Assembly (NCBI GenBank): GCA_017545185.1
Contig: JAFWQJ010000084.1
Span: 13,305-77,304, forward strand
Length of the DNA: 64,000 nt
Source: Oscillospiraceae bacterium
Lineage (GTDB): Bacteria > Bacillota > Clostridia > Oscillospirales > Ruminococcaceae
Direction of reading: 5' to 3'
Below are positions 35,752 through 47,349 of the stretch, one piece after another. The stretch's first letter is position 1. Each line of letters opens with the position of its first letter. The position numbers and the translations under genes are program-made. The notes under the pieces were generated by a model. That model searched no databases, had not been told where the DNA came from, and saw only the letters and a list, made by a program, of their open reading frames with translations.

Positions 35752-35768
35752 ATTTCTGCGAAGATCCT

Positions 35769-36536
35769 TTATTGCAGCAGGCGATCCCATGGGATATTCT
35801 GCCTCGATACGACATTCCGCGTATAGTAGATCAGGATCAGCTGGACGTCCTCCACGCCGAGCCTGCCGTTCAGATCAGCATCCGCGCGGGAAAGCTGCGC
35901 AGACGAAAGCCCCGTGCTCTTGCCGGACACCTGATTCGTGTACGCGATCAGCGCCATCTGCACATCCTCTATGGAGATCGCGCCGCTGCCGTCGGTATCG
36001 CCGCGGCCGGAGCCGGTGCTGCTCTGCTGCGGATAGCGCGTCAGAAAATACTCCTTGCCGTTCTGCAGATCCGAAAAGGACACGATCCTGCCCCAGTGCA
36101 CCTTGCCGTTGTAATTGCCCTCCGCGACCTCGATGCCGTCCGAGCGCTTCTGCAGCACGATGACGGTATGACCGCCGTATCCGCCGTTATAGCGCAGAAC
36201 GTCGCCGGGACGCGCCGAACGGACATCCTGAAACTTCTGCACCGGCAGCGATGTGCCGAACACCGCGTCACTCAGGATCGCAGCAAACGCCGCACAGCCG
36301 ACATCATACTGCCCCGCCGCTTTCCAGAAATAGGGTTTTTGTTCACTGTAGGGCGTGCTGTTGTCAAACCGCATACCCTCGGGATATTTTGATTTCATTG
36401 CGAGAAGCGCCTGATAGACGGTCTGCTCGCTGTAATCGCTGACGGCTGCCCGCGCACGCATCGGTGCGGCAAAGCAGACCGGGATCATCACCGCCAAACA
36501 AAGCAGTGATACAAAAAGCGCTGTGATTCGCTTCAT
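35769..36536 (-). CDS. secreted CHAP/NlpC-P60-like cysteine hydrolase domain fused to a dockerin
   Basis: Signal peptide. Candidate catalytic Cys (…DVGCAAFAAILSDAVFG…) and His (…GGHTVIVL…AEGNYNG…). Ser/Gly linker. Dockerin duplicated loops GDTDGSGAISIEDV … ADADLNGRLGVEDV. Confidence 0.65.
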   Translation of the reverse strand: MKRITALFVSLLCLAVMIPVCFAAPMRARAAVSDYSEQTVYQALLAMKSKYPEGMRFDNSTPYSEQKPYFWKAAGQYDVGCAAFAAILSDAVFGTSLPVQKFQDVRSARPGDVLRYNGGYGGHTVIVLQKRSDGIEVAEGNYNGKVHWGRIVSFSDLQNGKEYFLTRYPQQSSTGSGRGDTDGSGAISIEDVQMALIAYTNQVSGKSTGLSSAQLSRADADLNGRLGVEDVQLILIYYTRNVVSRQNIPWDRLLQ

Positions 36537-36635
36537 GCTGATGCACCTCCCGACCGCTCGGTCTTGTACCCATTATACATAATCCGTCTTGATTTGTCAA
36601 GTATCTTGCGTTTATTTACATAAAATACCGGATCG

Positions 36636-37160
36636 TCAGGGGCGGTGCAGCTTCTTTTTGATGTAGCGGTTTGCCTCATGCGGCGTCATGCCGAGGGAAA
36701 ACGCAAATTCCTCGTCAACCATTCTGGCGGCATCCCGGCGGGCGTTGTCGTCCATGGCGGAAAGCCGCTTGCCCGCAGCCAGCAGAACAGCCTGCTGCCT
36801 TAAAATGCAGCGGATCATGCGCAGCAGGACCCGTGCGTCGCCGCCTGCAAGGATCTTCTTGAACTCTGCGCCGCGCTGCTTGCGGTCATCCGTCCACGAC
36901 ATTTCCTCGTCCTGCTCTGCCGTTTCCAGCATCCCGTCGATCTCCTCCCGGGAACGCAGCGGCTGCATTTTCGCGCAGAGGCTCTCGTTATCCAGCGGGA
37001 CGGAGACCTCCATGCAGGCGTTGCGGATCGGCTTCAGGACATAGCAGAGACGGGTCGGCGGGATACCCGGAAACGGCACCTCCTCGATGCGGTCGATCAG
37101 GCATATCCCGGTGCCGCCGTAGCGGACATGGGTACCGGTTTCGTATTTCTGGCTCATCAT
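36636..37160 (-). CDS. CarD/CdnL-family transcriptional regulator
   Basis: N-terminal …GTHVRYGGTGICLIDRIEEV…YVLKP… Tudor-like RNAP-interaction pattern. RBS AAAGGAGG. Confidence 0.75.
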   Translation of the reverse strand: MMSQKYETGTHVRYGGTGICLIDRIEEVPFPGIPPTRLCYVLKPIRNACMEVSVPLDNESLCAKMQPLRSREEIDGMLETAEQDEEMSWTDDRKQRGAEFKKILAGGDARVLLRMIRCILRQQAVLLAAGKRLSAMDDNARRDAARMVDEEFAFSLGMTPHEANRYIKKKLHRP

Positions 37161-37301
37161 GCGGACCTCCTTTTCCCGCTGACGTCCCGGAAAAGCGGCA
37201 GGCTGCGGAACGGATGCCGGGGTGTGTAACAGGCTGCCTTCGGTTTCCGGTTCGTATGCTCAGTTTTTCCTTGTGTTGCCGGTCTAAAACATGCTACTAT
37301 T

Positions 37302-37330
37302 ATTATAGCATATAAAAATCCGATTTGCAA
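37302..37330 (-). promoter_or_regulatory. sigma-70-type promoter for the carD-like gene
   Basis: On the minus strand: TTGCAA, 17-nt spacer, TATAAT. Confidence 0.55.
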
Positions 37331-37354
37331 GGGGCATTTTCGGAAAAAATGCTC

Positions 37355-37546
37355 CGGCTTTGCGTCCGCGCAGCAAAGCGGAAGCTTTTTTCCTGTTCTC
37401 CATTGATATTTATTGCAAAATATGATAGCGGGTAGAACCCGCCCCCGTTTTTGCTCCCATGCAGCAAAGCGGAAGCTTTTTTCTTGTCCCCCCATTGATA
37501 TTTATTGCAAAATATGATATAATTATGAGCATAAGAACCCGCCGGG
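37355..37546 (+). repeat. two-copy tandem direct repeat (~91-nt period) carrying promoter-like sequence
   Basis: GCAGCAAAGCGGAAGCTTTTTTC…CCATTGATATTTATTGCAAAATATGATA occurs at 37370-37427 and at 37461-37519. GAACCCGCC recurs at 37435 and 37535. Confidence 0.85.
37495..37523 (+). promoter_or_regulatory. sigma-70-type promoter (in repeat copy 2 only)
   Basis: TTGATA, 17-nt spacer, TATAAT. In copy 1 the -10 position reads TAGCGG. Confidence 0.55.
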
Positions 37547-37570
37547 ATCGCCGGCACCGCTTTTGACGAA

Positions 37571-37765
37571 ATGAGGAACCGAATGATCAATCCTGTCACA
37601 AAAGAACCGGTCTGTGTCCACTGCAATGTCCCGATGAAGCGCGTCCGCGTGGAGGACTGGTATCCGAGCAATATTTTGCTGAAACAGCTGCAGAAGATCG
37701 TGGACGGCGCAAATGTCCGCATCTATCACTGCAAGTCCTGCGGAAAGGTTGAGTTTTTCCGGTGA
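37571..37765 (+). CDS. small zinc-ribbon protein
   Basis: 64 aa with CVHC…CKSC (two CxxC pairs). The start is uncertain (ATG 37571 or 37583). Confidence 0.5.
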   Translation: MRNRMINPVTKEPVCVHCNVPMKRVRVEDWYPSNILLKQLQKIVDGANVRIYHCKSCGKVEFFR

Positions 37766-38544
37766 GCGGCAGATATCATCACATCTTCCGGGATCCGGAG
37801 GGCGCCGACACCGTTGTCCTGCTGCTGCACGGCATCCTGAGCGCCCCGCAGTATTTCCGCTTCCTGCTGGACGATATCCCGCAGGAATACGCCGTCTCCG
37901 GCATTCTGCTGGAGGGGCACGGCGGTGAACCGGCCGGCCTCGCCGAAACCGATATGCAGGCATGGAAGCAGCAGGTACAGGCGCAGTTCCGGCAGCTTTC
38001 CGCAGCATACACGCACATCATCATTGCGGCGCATTCCATGGGGACGCTGTTTGCGCTGCAGCTTGCCGCGCAGCATCCGGCGCAGATCCGCGCGATGCTG
38101 CTGCTCGATGTGCCGCTTTACGCGCATCTGACCGCCTACGGCGCATTCTGGGGCGCGCTGATCGGCGCCGGAATGCAGCCGGAGCCGCAGGACGCCCGCG
38201 CCTTTGCCATGCGGGAGGCCTACAGCATCCGCCGGGACATGCAGCCCCTGCAGTACCTGCGCTGGCTCCCGCGCTACCGCGAGCTGTTCCGCGAAATGAA
38301 GCACACCCGCGGGACGCTGCACCGCGTCACGGTCCCCTGCACGGCGTTCCAGTCCGCCAACGACGAGCTGGTCTCTCTGCGGACGCTGCCGCCGCTGAAG
38401 GCCGTGCCTTCGATCCGGCTGCATGTGCTGCGGGAGTCCTCGCATTTCTATTATCCCCCGGCAGACGAAGCAAGGATCCTGCGCGCATGGAAGCGGATGC
38501 TGCAGTTCAAACGGAACGATCAGGGCAGAAGCTCTGTATCATAA
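37762..38544 (+). CDS. alpha/beta-hydrolase (esterase/lipase-type)
   Basis: …VVLLLHGILS…, nucleophile elbow AHSMGT, and C-terminal …SSHF… The GTG start overlaps the upstream stop. Confidence 0.8.
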   Translation: MSGRYHHIFRDPEGADTVVLLLHGILSAPQYFRFLLDDIPQEYAVSGILLEGHGGEPAGLAETDMQAWKQQVQAQFRQLSAAYTHIIIAAHSMGTLFALQLAAQHPAQIRAMLLLDVPLYAHLTAYGAFWGALIGAGMQPEPQDARAFAMREAYSIRRDMQPLQYLRWLPRYRELFREMKHTRGTLHRVTVPCTAFQSANDELVSLRTLPPLKAVPSIRLHVLRESSHFYYPPADEARILRAWKRMLQFKRNDQGRSSVS

Positions 38545-38566
38545 AATGAAAAAAGGAGTGTCAAAT

Positions 38567-38905
38567 ATGCAATTCTATCAGAACAAGGAAACCGGCGAGA
38601 TCGTCACCGAGGCATGTCCGGGATTTGAGGAGATCATCCCGAACACCGTGGATGCCGCAAAGGAAAAGCATGTCCCGGTCATTTCCCGCGAGGGTCAGAC
38701 CGTGACCGTCACCGTCGGCGAGGTCATTCACCCGATGCTCGAGAATCACTATATCGGCTGGATCCTGCTCGAAACGAAGAACGGCGTCGAGCGCAAAGAG
38801 CTGAAGCCCGGCGAGGAACCGGCAGTGCAGTTCTTTGCGGAGGAGGATGACGAGATCGTTGCCGCGTATGCATGGTGCAATCTCCACGGCCTCTGGAAGG
38901 CATAA
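38567..38905 (+). CDS. superoxide reductase (desulfoferrodoxin/neelaredoxin family, single-domain)
   Basis: EKHVPVI, HPMLENHYIGWI and WCNLHGLWKA iron-ligand motifs. ATG 38567 follows AAAGGAG. The track ORF's upstream extension is rejected. Confidence 0.88.
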   Translation: MQFYQNKETGEIVTEACPGFEEIIPNTVDAAKEKHVPVISREGQTVTVTVGEVIHPMLENHYIGWILLETKNGVERKELKPGEEPAVQFFAEEDDEIVAAYAWCNLHGLWKA

Positions 38906-38911
38906 GCCGAT

Positions 38912-39607
38912 ATGGCGAAGGATTACAGCGGACTGACCGGCGGTGAACTGCTGGCCGGCATCCGGAAAACGCACCGCGCCCGCATTGCAGCGGATATTTT
39001 CGCGATCCTGTTTGCAGCGGCATTCCTGATCGGCTGTGTCATCATGCTGATGAACAACCGCCGGGATGCGTTCCGCATCGTCATGAGCGTGATCGGCATT
39101 GCAGGCTGCATTCTGGGCGTATGGGCGCTGTTCGGGCAGATCGGCAAGCATATCGAAACGATCGCCCGCCCGGAAAACTGCCGCCTGTTCCGCAAATACG
39201 GCACACCGGATGCCATAGCCGCACGCATTGCGGCGGAGAGCGGCGAGCCGGTCATCGCAGAAAAAAGCACGCTGCTCTGCAGATCGTTCATCATGATCCG
39301 CGGCGATTTCGAGAGCTTTATCCCGCTGGACAAAATGCTGCATGTTTACCGCAAGGAAAGCAGCACAAACGGCATCAAGCACAGCGTTTATCTGGTCGGG
39401 CAGGATATCTACGGCGACAAGTTTGAGTATCCGTTCAAGCTCGGCAAAACGCACAAGCAGGTCATGGTCAATGCAATGGAGGAGATCTCCCGGCAGTCGC
39501 CGCAGTGTGCGGTCGGCTATTCCCCGGGAAACATCGCCTATGCAAAGCAGCATATCACCGAACTGCCCGCGGAAGGCGGAACGCCCCCGCAGGCAGCAGG
39601 CCAATAA
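38912..39607 (+). CDS. membrane protein of unknown function (two N-terminal TM helices)
   Basis: 231 aa with hydrophobic helices at aa ~28-48 and ~57-77, then a soluble C-terminal domain. Confidence 0.55.
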   Translation: MAKDYSGLTGGELLAGIRKTHRARIAADIFAILFAAAFLIGCVIMLMNNRRDAFRIVMSVIGIAGCILGVWALFGQIGKHIETIARPENCRLFRKYGTPDAIAARIAAESGEPVIAEKSTLLCRSFIMIRGDFESFIPLDKMLHVYRKESSTNGIKHSVYLVGQDIYGDKFEYPFKLGKTHKQVMVNAMEEISRQSPQCAVGYSPGNIAYAKQHITELPAEGGTPPQAAGQ

Positions 39608-39643
39608 CCGCCGGAACCGTTCCGGCCGCACAGGAGAGAGACT

Positions 39644-40060
39644 ATGGATGAAAACCGCAGCGAGCTGAGCACCGGACTGCCGGAGCTCACGGAAGAACAA
39701 AAAAAGAACCCTGTATCCAGCGGTGCCGTTCAGTGGACGGATCCGCTGGACAAGCCGGAGCAGACGCAGCAGCAGACCGGCAAGCTGGCAATGGCCTCGG
39801 TGCTGCTGGGCGGCGCGGGTCTGTGCATGATCTGTGCAGTCCCTGCTGCCGCGATTCTCGGGACAGCAGGGCTGATTTGCGGCATTCTGTCCGGTTCCAG
39901 ACATGAGAACGCGAAAACGCTGCGGATCATCGGCATTACGCTTTCCTCGTGCGCGCTCGCCGCAGCACTGGTCGTGTTCATCATGCACGCTGCACTGCTG
40001 ATCGGCTCCGAAAACGCAGGCAGCTATTATCAGGACATCGAGAACGAGATCGGCATTTAA
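39644..40060 (+). CDS. small membrane protein (DUF4190-like)
   Basis: Polar N-terminus followed by two to three TM helices. RBS AGGAGAGAG. Confidence 0.55.
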   Translation: MDENRSELSTGLPELTEEQKKNPVSSGAVQWTDPLDKPEQTQQQTGKLAMASVLLGGAGLCMICAVPAAAILGTAGLICGILSGSRHENAKTLRIIGITLSSCALAAALVVFIMHAALLIGSENAGSYYQDIENEIGI

Positions 40061-40075
40061 CACGGCAATACGCGC

Positions 40076-40116
40076 AAAAACGGCATCTCCCTTCGCGGAA
40101 GATGCCGTTTCTTTTT
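40076..40116. terminator. bidirectional intrinsic terminator
   Basis: AACGGCATCT…AGATGCCGTT followed by TCTTTTTTT. Confidence 0.75.
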
Positions 40117-42075
<1,959 letters not shown>

Positions 42076-42104
42076 GTAACATTCACTCCTTTTTTTGATA
42101 TGCG

Positions 42105-43433
42105 TCAGCCGCGGGTAATGCGCAGCGTCAGGATGCGGCGGCTGTCCGCGTCCGGCCTGACACGCGCTGCAATCCCGACCTGCTCGCAGTAAATGCAGCC
42201 CAGCCGGTCATAAAGCACATAGAGACTCTGCCGTTCCGGCGCGAGGACCTCTGCCTGCACGCATTTTTTCAGCGTACTGTCAAAATCCCGTCCGGGCAGC
42301 CGGATCATGTCCGTGCCGCGCCGCTGCCGGAAATACGGTGTACCATTTATTTTATCAAAATCCAAAGTAGACTTTGTGTCTGCTTTGTGATGATTCCGTG
42401 ATATTGCGCCTGCATCCGTCAATGCCGCAATGCAGGTTTTGCCGTCAAACAGCCGGTTTTCGCCGATTATCAGCGGATGTTCGCCGGTAAGCGGCGGCTG
42501 TCCGGCACGGAGATAGAGGATTCCCCTGTGCACCTGCGCGGAAATGCCGCGGGTGACGGTCAGCTTTCCGCCGCCCTGCAGGACAAGCCGGTCGATCGCG
42601 GAAAGCAGATCGAAGGAAGGGTCAACATGCACCGGAAGTGCCGCAAGCAGCTGCAGATACACACGCTTGCGCAGCGGTGCGGGATGTTCCGCCGTGATGC
42701 GAAATCCGCCCTGCTCCGCACATTCTGCCGCGATCAGAGCCGCCTGTTCGTTCAGGAGCGCGTCGTCCTCCGCAAGCAGCGAAGCCGTCGCCGCGATATG
42801 CCGCAGCGCCGCGGGATTTTCTCTTGTCAGCAGCGGCATGATCTCATGCCGGATGCGGTTCCGGCTGCTGTCTCCGCTGATATTCGTGCTGTCCTCGACC
42901 CAGTCCTGCCCGCGTTCCCGCAGATAGTCAAGGATCTCGGATTTTTCCGCGTAAAGCATCGGCCGGTAAATCCTGCCGTTTTTCGGCGGGATGCCGCAGA
43001 GCCCGCGCAGTCCGCTGCCGCGGATCAGGTGAAAGAGCACCGTCTCGGCGTTGTCGCCCGCATGATGCGCGGTCACGATCACGCCCTCCGGCGCGGCCTG
43101 CTCCAGCGCTTCATAGCGGAGCTTCCGTGCGGCAGTCTCCTCGGAGAGCTTATGCGCTGCCGCATAGGCCGGAACATCCGCATAGACCGTCTGCAGCGGG
43201 ATGCCGTATTTTTCGCAGAAAGCCTTGCAGAATGCGGCGTCTCTGTCCGCCTCTGCCCCGCGGATGCCGTGATGCACATGCACCGCGCGCAGATCCAGCG
43301 AGAGCCGCTCCTTCAGCTCATGCAGGCAGAGCAGCAGCGCCGTGCTGTCCGCACCGCCGGAAAACGCGACGGTACAGATCCCCGGCGGCGGCACCGCAGG
43401 CCCCGTCAGGAGCCGTTCGGTCAGCGTGCCCAT
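42105..43433 (-). CDS. tilS: tRNA(Ile)-lysidine synthetase
   Basis: PP-loop AFSGGADSTALL at the N-terminus. 442 aa. Sits between dnaB and ftsH. Confidence 0.88.
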   Translation of the reverse strand: MGTLTERLLTGPAVPPPGICTVAFSGGADSTALLLCLHELKERLSLDLRAVHVHHGIRGAEADRDAAFCKAFCEKYGIPLQTVYADVPAYAAAHKLSEETAARKLRYEALEQAAPEGVIVTAHHAGDNAETVLFHLIRGSGLRGLCGIPPKNGRIYRPMLYAEKSEILDYLRERGQDWVEDSTNISGDSSRNRIRHEIMPLLTRENPAALRHIAATASLLAEDDALLNEQAALIAAECAEQGGFRITAEHPAPLRKRVYLQLLAALPVHVDPSFDLLSAIDRLVLQGGGKLTVTRGISAQVHRGILYLRAGQPPLTGEHPLIIGENRLFDGKTCIAALTDAGAISRNHHKADTKSTLDFDKINGTPYFRQRRGTDMIRLPGRDFDSTLKKCVQAEVLAPERQSLYVLYDRLGCIYCEQVGIAARVRPDADSRRILTLRITRG

Positions 43434-44812
43434 TATGCAGGCGGCGCCTCGCCGCGTTCCTTCGTCGAGAAGCGCGTGAACTGGCCGTCCCAGATCAGGT
43501 CGATCTTCGACGTTTCACCGTGACGGTTCTTCGCCACGATGCATTCCGTAATGTTCGGCGCGGCGGATTTTTCCTTGTTGTAATAATAATCGTTATACAG
43601 GAACATGATGATATCCGCATCCTGCTCGATCGAGCCGGATTCACGCAGGTCGGACATCATCGGACGCTTGTCGGTTCTGCTCTCGACGCCGCGGTTCAGC
43701 TGCGAGAGCAGCAGCACCGGCACGTTCAGTTCCTTTGCCATGAGCTTTAAATTTCGCGTGATATCCGAGATGACGAGCACGCGGTTATCCGATTTCAGCG
43801 GGGCATCCATGAGCTGCAGGTAGTCGATGACGACCATGCCGAGATTCTTGACGCGCCTTAGCTGCGCCTTCATCTGCGAGACCGTGATGCCGGTCGCTTC
43901 GGAAAGATAAATGTTCATGCCGGAGAGCACATCCGCGCTGTTCGCGATCCGCCCCCACTCCTTCGGTTCCAGATGACCCGTGCGGAGCTTGTGCGAATCG
44001 ACGAGCGCCTCCGTCGAAAGCATACGCGAGACAAGCTGCTCCATGCTCATTTCGAGCGAATAGATCGCGACCGTTCTGCCGGAATGCCGCGTCACATTGG
44101 TCGCGAGGTTCAGCGCGAACGAGGTCTTGCCCATGCCGGGGCGCGCCGCTAAGATCACGAGGTCGGAATTGTTCATGCCGCCCGTGACCGCGTCCAGATC
44201 GGGGAAGCCGGTCTTTGCGCCGACATACTTATCGCGGTCGGGACCCGAGATATCGCCGAGATGCTTGTAGGTATCGACCATGACATCGCGGATCGGGACA
44301 AGCCCGTGGGTATCTCTGCCCTGCCGGATATCGTAGATGCGCTGCTCGGCGGAATCCAGCAGCGTCTGTGCGGATTCCGTGCCGGCCGTGATCTCCCGGA
44401 GCAGATCGCGTGCAACGGTCGCCAGCGACCGCGCACAGTATTTTTCTGCAAGGATCTTGCAGTAGCTGACAATATTGTCCGCAGAGGGAACGCTCTCCGC
44501 CAGACTGGTGAGATAGCGTCTGCCCTCCGCCGCATTTTCAAATACGCCCTGCCGCACAGCCTCATTGAGCACGACGACGATATCCATCTGCTCTGCCTGC
44601 GTGCCCGTTGCGAACATAGCGGTCATGAGACGGAACAGTTCCTTGTGCTGCTCCACATAAAAGGTCTCAGGCTTGATATAGTCCAGCGCGACCGACAGCA
44701 TTTCCGGTGCCAGCAGGATCGATCCGAGAACGGACTGCTCCGCTTCGACACTGTGCGGCAGCGATCGCTCGGAAAAACCCTCCTGAAGCTCCGAAAAACG
44801 GCTGTCAGGCAT
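43433..44812 (-). CDS. dnaB: replicative DNA helicase
   Basis: …[16 protein letters not shown]…, Walker [13 protein letters not shown], …SLEMS…. Confidence 0.93.
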   Translation of the reverse strand: MPDSRFSELQEGFSERSLPHSVEAEQSVLGSILLAPEMLSVALDYIKPETFYVEQHKELFRLMTAMFATGTQAEQMDIVVVLNEAVRQGVFENAAEGRRYLTSLAESVPSADNIVSYCKILAEKYCARSLATVARDLLREITAGTESAQTLLDSAEQRIYDIRQGRDTHGLVPIRDVMVDTYKHLGDISGPDRDKYVGAKTGFPDLDAVTGGMNNSDLVILAARPGMGKTSFALNLATNVTRHSGRTVAIYSLEMSMEQLVSRMLSTEALVDSHKLRTGHLEPKEWGRIANSADVLSGMNIYLSEATGITVSQMKAQLRRVKNLGMVVIDYLQLMDAPLKSDNRVLVISDITRNLKLMAKELNVPVLLLSQLNRGVESRTDKRPMMSDLRESGSIEQDADIIMFLYNDYYYNKEKSAAPNITECIVAKNRHGETSKIDLIWDGQFTRFSTKERGEAPPA

Positions 44813-45257
44813 CTTCCGCCACCACCGATACCGTGAATTTTGCCGTGATGCCTGCGTAGAGCTTGGCCTCTGCGCTGTAGTCGCCGGCGTTCTTCATCTC
44901 GCTGCCGATATTCAGCTTGCGCTTGTCGATCGCAAAGCCGAACTGCTTTTCCAGCTCATCCGCGACATTGCCGGGCGTCACCGCACCGAACAGTCTGCCG
45001 CCCTGACCCGCCTTTGCACGGATCACGAGCTTTTTGCCCTCAAGCTTTGCCGCCTGATCGGCAGCCTCCTGCTTCGCAACGTCGATCTTATGCTGAGCGG
45101 ATGCCTTTTGTCCCTCAAGCTTGTTGAGGTTCGCGGGCGTCGCCTCGGCAGCCAGACCCTTGCCGAGCAGGAAGTTCCGTGCGTAGCCGTCCGAAACATT
45201 CTTGATCTCGCCCTTTTTGCCGGTGCCCTTGACATCCTGCAGTAAAATCACCTTCAT
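44805..45257 (-). CDS. rplI: 50S ribosomal protein L9
   Basis: [30 protein letters not shown]… ATG at 45257. The track ORF's upstream extension overlaps gdpP and is rejected. Confidence 0.93.
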   Translation of the reverse strand: MKVILLQDVKGTGKKGEIKNVSDGYARNFLLGKGLAAEATPANLNKLEGQKASAQHKIDVAKQEAADQAAKLEGKKLVIRAKAGQGGRLFGAVTPGNVADELEKQFGFAIDKRKLNIGSEMKNAGDYSAEAKLYAGITAKFTVSVVAEDA

Positions 45258-45300
45258 GATACCATATCCTTTCTGCTTCCGTATTTCGGCAGCGGAAGGC

Positions 45301-47307
45301 TCATTCCTCCTGCTGCTCCTCCTGCACTTCCTGTGCCTCCTGCCGGGCAGCCTCCGCGTCCGTTTTTTCGAGCACGGCGACCAGCATTTCACAGAGCTGC
45401 ACCAGCGTACAGTCGGTACGCTGCGTCGCGGCCATGATCTGATGTCCGCCGCCGCCTAACTGTTCCATAATGACCTGCACATTGACCCTGCCGAGCGACC
45501 GCGCCGAGATGCACACCTGATCCCCTGCGGGATAGAGCACAAAGGACGCGTCCACGCCCTCAACGCCGAGCAGCTCGTCGGCAGCCTGCGACGCGATCAC
45601 GCGGATATCCGGGATCTGCTCCGCCGCGGATGTGATCGCATACCGGCCGAACAGCTTTGCCTCGGAGACCAGCTTCGAGCGCTGCTGATAGGCTTCCAGC
45701 GACTCCGCGAACAGCGTCTTGACCGCGATCGGGTCGGCACCGCGCTCCCGCAGGAACGCCGCGACCTCAAACGTATGCACGCCGGTCTGCATGACAAAAT
45801 TCTTCGTATCCAGCATGATGCCCGCCATGAGCGCCTCCGCGCAGAACTGCGGCATCTCGTCGCGGAAATCGAAATACTGGATCATGCCGGTGACCAGCTC
45901 CGCCGCCGAGGATGCATGGGGATCATGCAGCTTCAGCGTGGTGTTGTCCAGATAGTTGACCATTTGTCTGTGGTGGTCGATGACGACCACATGCTTTGCC
46001 AGCCGGTAGAGCTCCGCGTCCTCGACGATGTCCTTGCTGAACGTATCGACGATCACGAGCAGATCGTCCGGCCGGATCTCCGCAAGCGCCTGCTCCGGCT
46101 CGATCATGCAGCCGGGCATTTCCTCCGCGATGCGGTCGGTCAGCAGCCTTGCCATCGTCGATTCCGTGCGGATGACGATATTATACGGGATCTCGCACTG
46201 TTCCGCGATATACGCGACGCCGACCGCCGCACCCACGGCGTCCAGATCGCTTGCGCGGTGTCCCATGATATACACATGCGTGCAGCGCAGCATCAGCTTC
46301 AGCAGATCCTTCGCGATCGCACGGTTTTTCGCCTTGCTCTTGTGCTCAATGCCCTGCGACACGCCGCCGTAGAACGTAAAGCCGCTGTCGGTCTTGACGG
46401 CAGCCTGATCGCCGCCGCGCCCCAGTGCCATATCAAGCGACTGCTGCGCGAAAAACTCATTCTGCGCGAGCGTCTCGCCGCTTCTGCCGACGCCGATCGA
46501 AAGCGTCAGGCTGCTTCTGCCTTTGACCTTGATCTTGCGCGCCTCGTCAAGCAGCGGGAAGTGTGCACGCTCCATTTCCAGACAGTGCCGGGCTTCCGTC
46601 ACGATCAGCATTCTGTCGTCATCAAGGTGACAGAACACGCTCTCGGTGCCCTCCAGCATCCGGTCAAAAAGTGCCTCCAGCGAGGCCAGTGCCGCCGCGC
46701 GCTCGCTCTGCCGCGTGCCGCTGAACAGATCCTCGTAATTGTCCACAAGGATCAGCAGCACGCAGGGACGGGTGTCCATATAAAGCTGCCGCAGCATGAC
46801 ATAATTGGTGATATCCTCAAAACAGAACATGACCGCATGGCCGTTCTTGCGCTCGTAATCCATGCGCGTGACGCGGTAGCGCCGTTCACGGATCACGGTC
46901 TCAATGGATTCGCCGTCCGCGATCGCATCCGGCCGCAGCGGGATCACCTGATGCAGCTTTAAGCCGAACAGCTCCGCCCCGCCGGAAACGCGCTTCGTAA
47001 ATTCCTCATTATACCAGATGATTTCGCCCCTGGTGTCCACAACGGCCATCGGCACCGGCATTTCCTCCGGTGCGGTCTGCAGGGTGCGGGTCAGTGCCGC
47101 ATTCATCCTTGCAGTATAGCGCAGCATGTTCTTGCGCATCCGCAGGATCTCATAGATCAGCCAGCCGAGACCGGCCAGAAACACGATCACCGCGAACCAG
47201 AACGGCAGACTGTGATACTGTGCATGTGCCATGATCATCATGATCAGACCGCCCAGTGTCATCAGTGCGCCCGAACAGATCAGCCTCCACGGCTGCCGGC
47301 TCTGCAT
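45301..47307 (-). CDS. gdpP: GdpP/YybT-type DHH-DHHA1 phosphodiesterase (c-di-AMP phosphodiesterase family)
   Basis: Two N-terminal TM helices, a central PAS/GGDEF-like region, and DHH motifs (…[12 protein letters not shown]…, …VIDHH…, …GGGGH…). Conserved yybT-rplI-dnaB synteny. Confidence 0.85.
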   Translation of the reverse strand: MQSRQPWRLICSGALMTLGGLIMMIMAHAQYHSLPFWFAVIVFLAGLGWLIYEILRMRKNMLRYTARMNAALTRTLQTAPEEMPVPMAVVDTRGEIIWYNEEFTKRVSGGAELFGLKLHQVIPLRPDAIADGESIETVIRERRYRVTRMDYERKNGHAVMFCFEDITNYVMLRQLYMDTRPCVLLILVDNYEDLFSGTRQSERAAALASLEALFDRMLEGTESVFCHLDDDRMLIVTEARHCLEMERAHFPLLDEARKIKVKGRSSLTLSIGVGRSGETLAQNEFFAQQSLDMALGRGGDQAAVKTDSGFTFYGGVSQGIEHKSKAKNRAIAKDLLKLMLRCTHVYIMGHRASDLDAVGAAVGVAYIAEQCEIPYNIVIRTESTMARLLTDRIAEEMPGCMIEPEQALAEIRPDDLLVIVDTFSKDIVEDAELYRLAKHVVVIDHHRQMVNYLDNTTLKLHDPHASSAAELVTGMIQYFDFRDEMPQFCAEALMAGIMLDTKNFVMQTGVHTFEVAAFLRERGADPIAVKTLFAESLEAYQQRSKLVSEAKLFGRYAITSAAEQIPDIRVIASQAADELLGVEGVDASFVLYPAGDQVCISARSLGRVNVQVIMEQLGGGGHQIMAATQRTDCTLVQLCEMLVAVLEKTDAEAARQEAQEVQEEQQEE

Positions 47308-47349
47308 CCCGTATCACCGCCTTTCTGCAAAATACCGCTTTCCTGCGGT

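Noticed and set aside
37355-37546. Possible CRISPR array or minisatellite
   Set aside because: There are only two copies, no spacer-repeat regularity and no cas genes. The units contain promoter-like -35/-10 elements.
42076-42104. Absence of hpt between tilS and ftsH, since tilS-hprT-ftsH is a common Firmicutes order
   Set aside because: The 29-nt gap is simply intergenic. Loss or relocation of hpt is unremarkable and cannot be assessed from one window.
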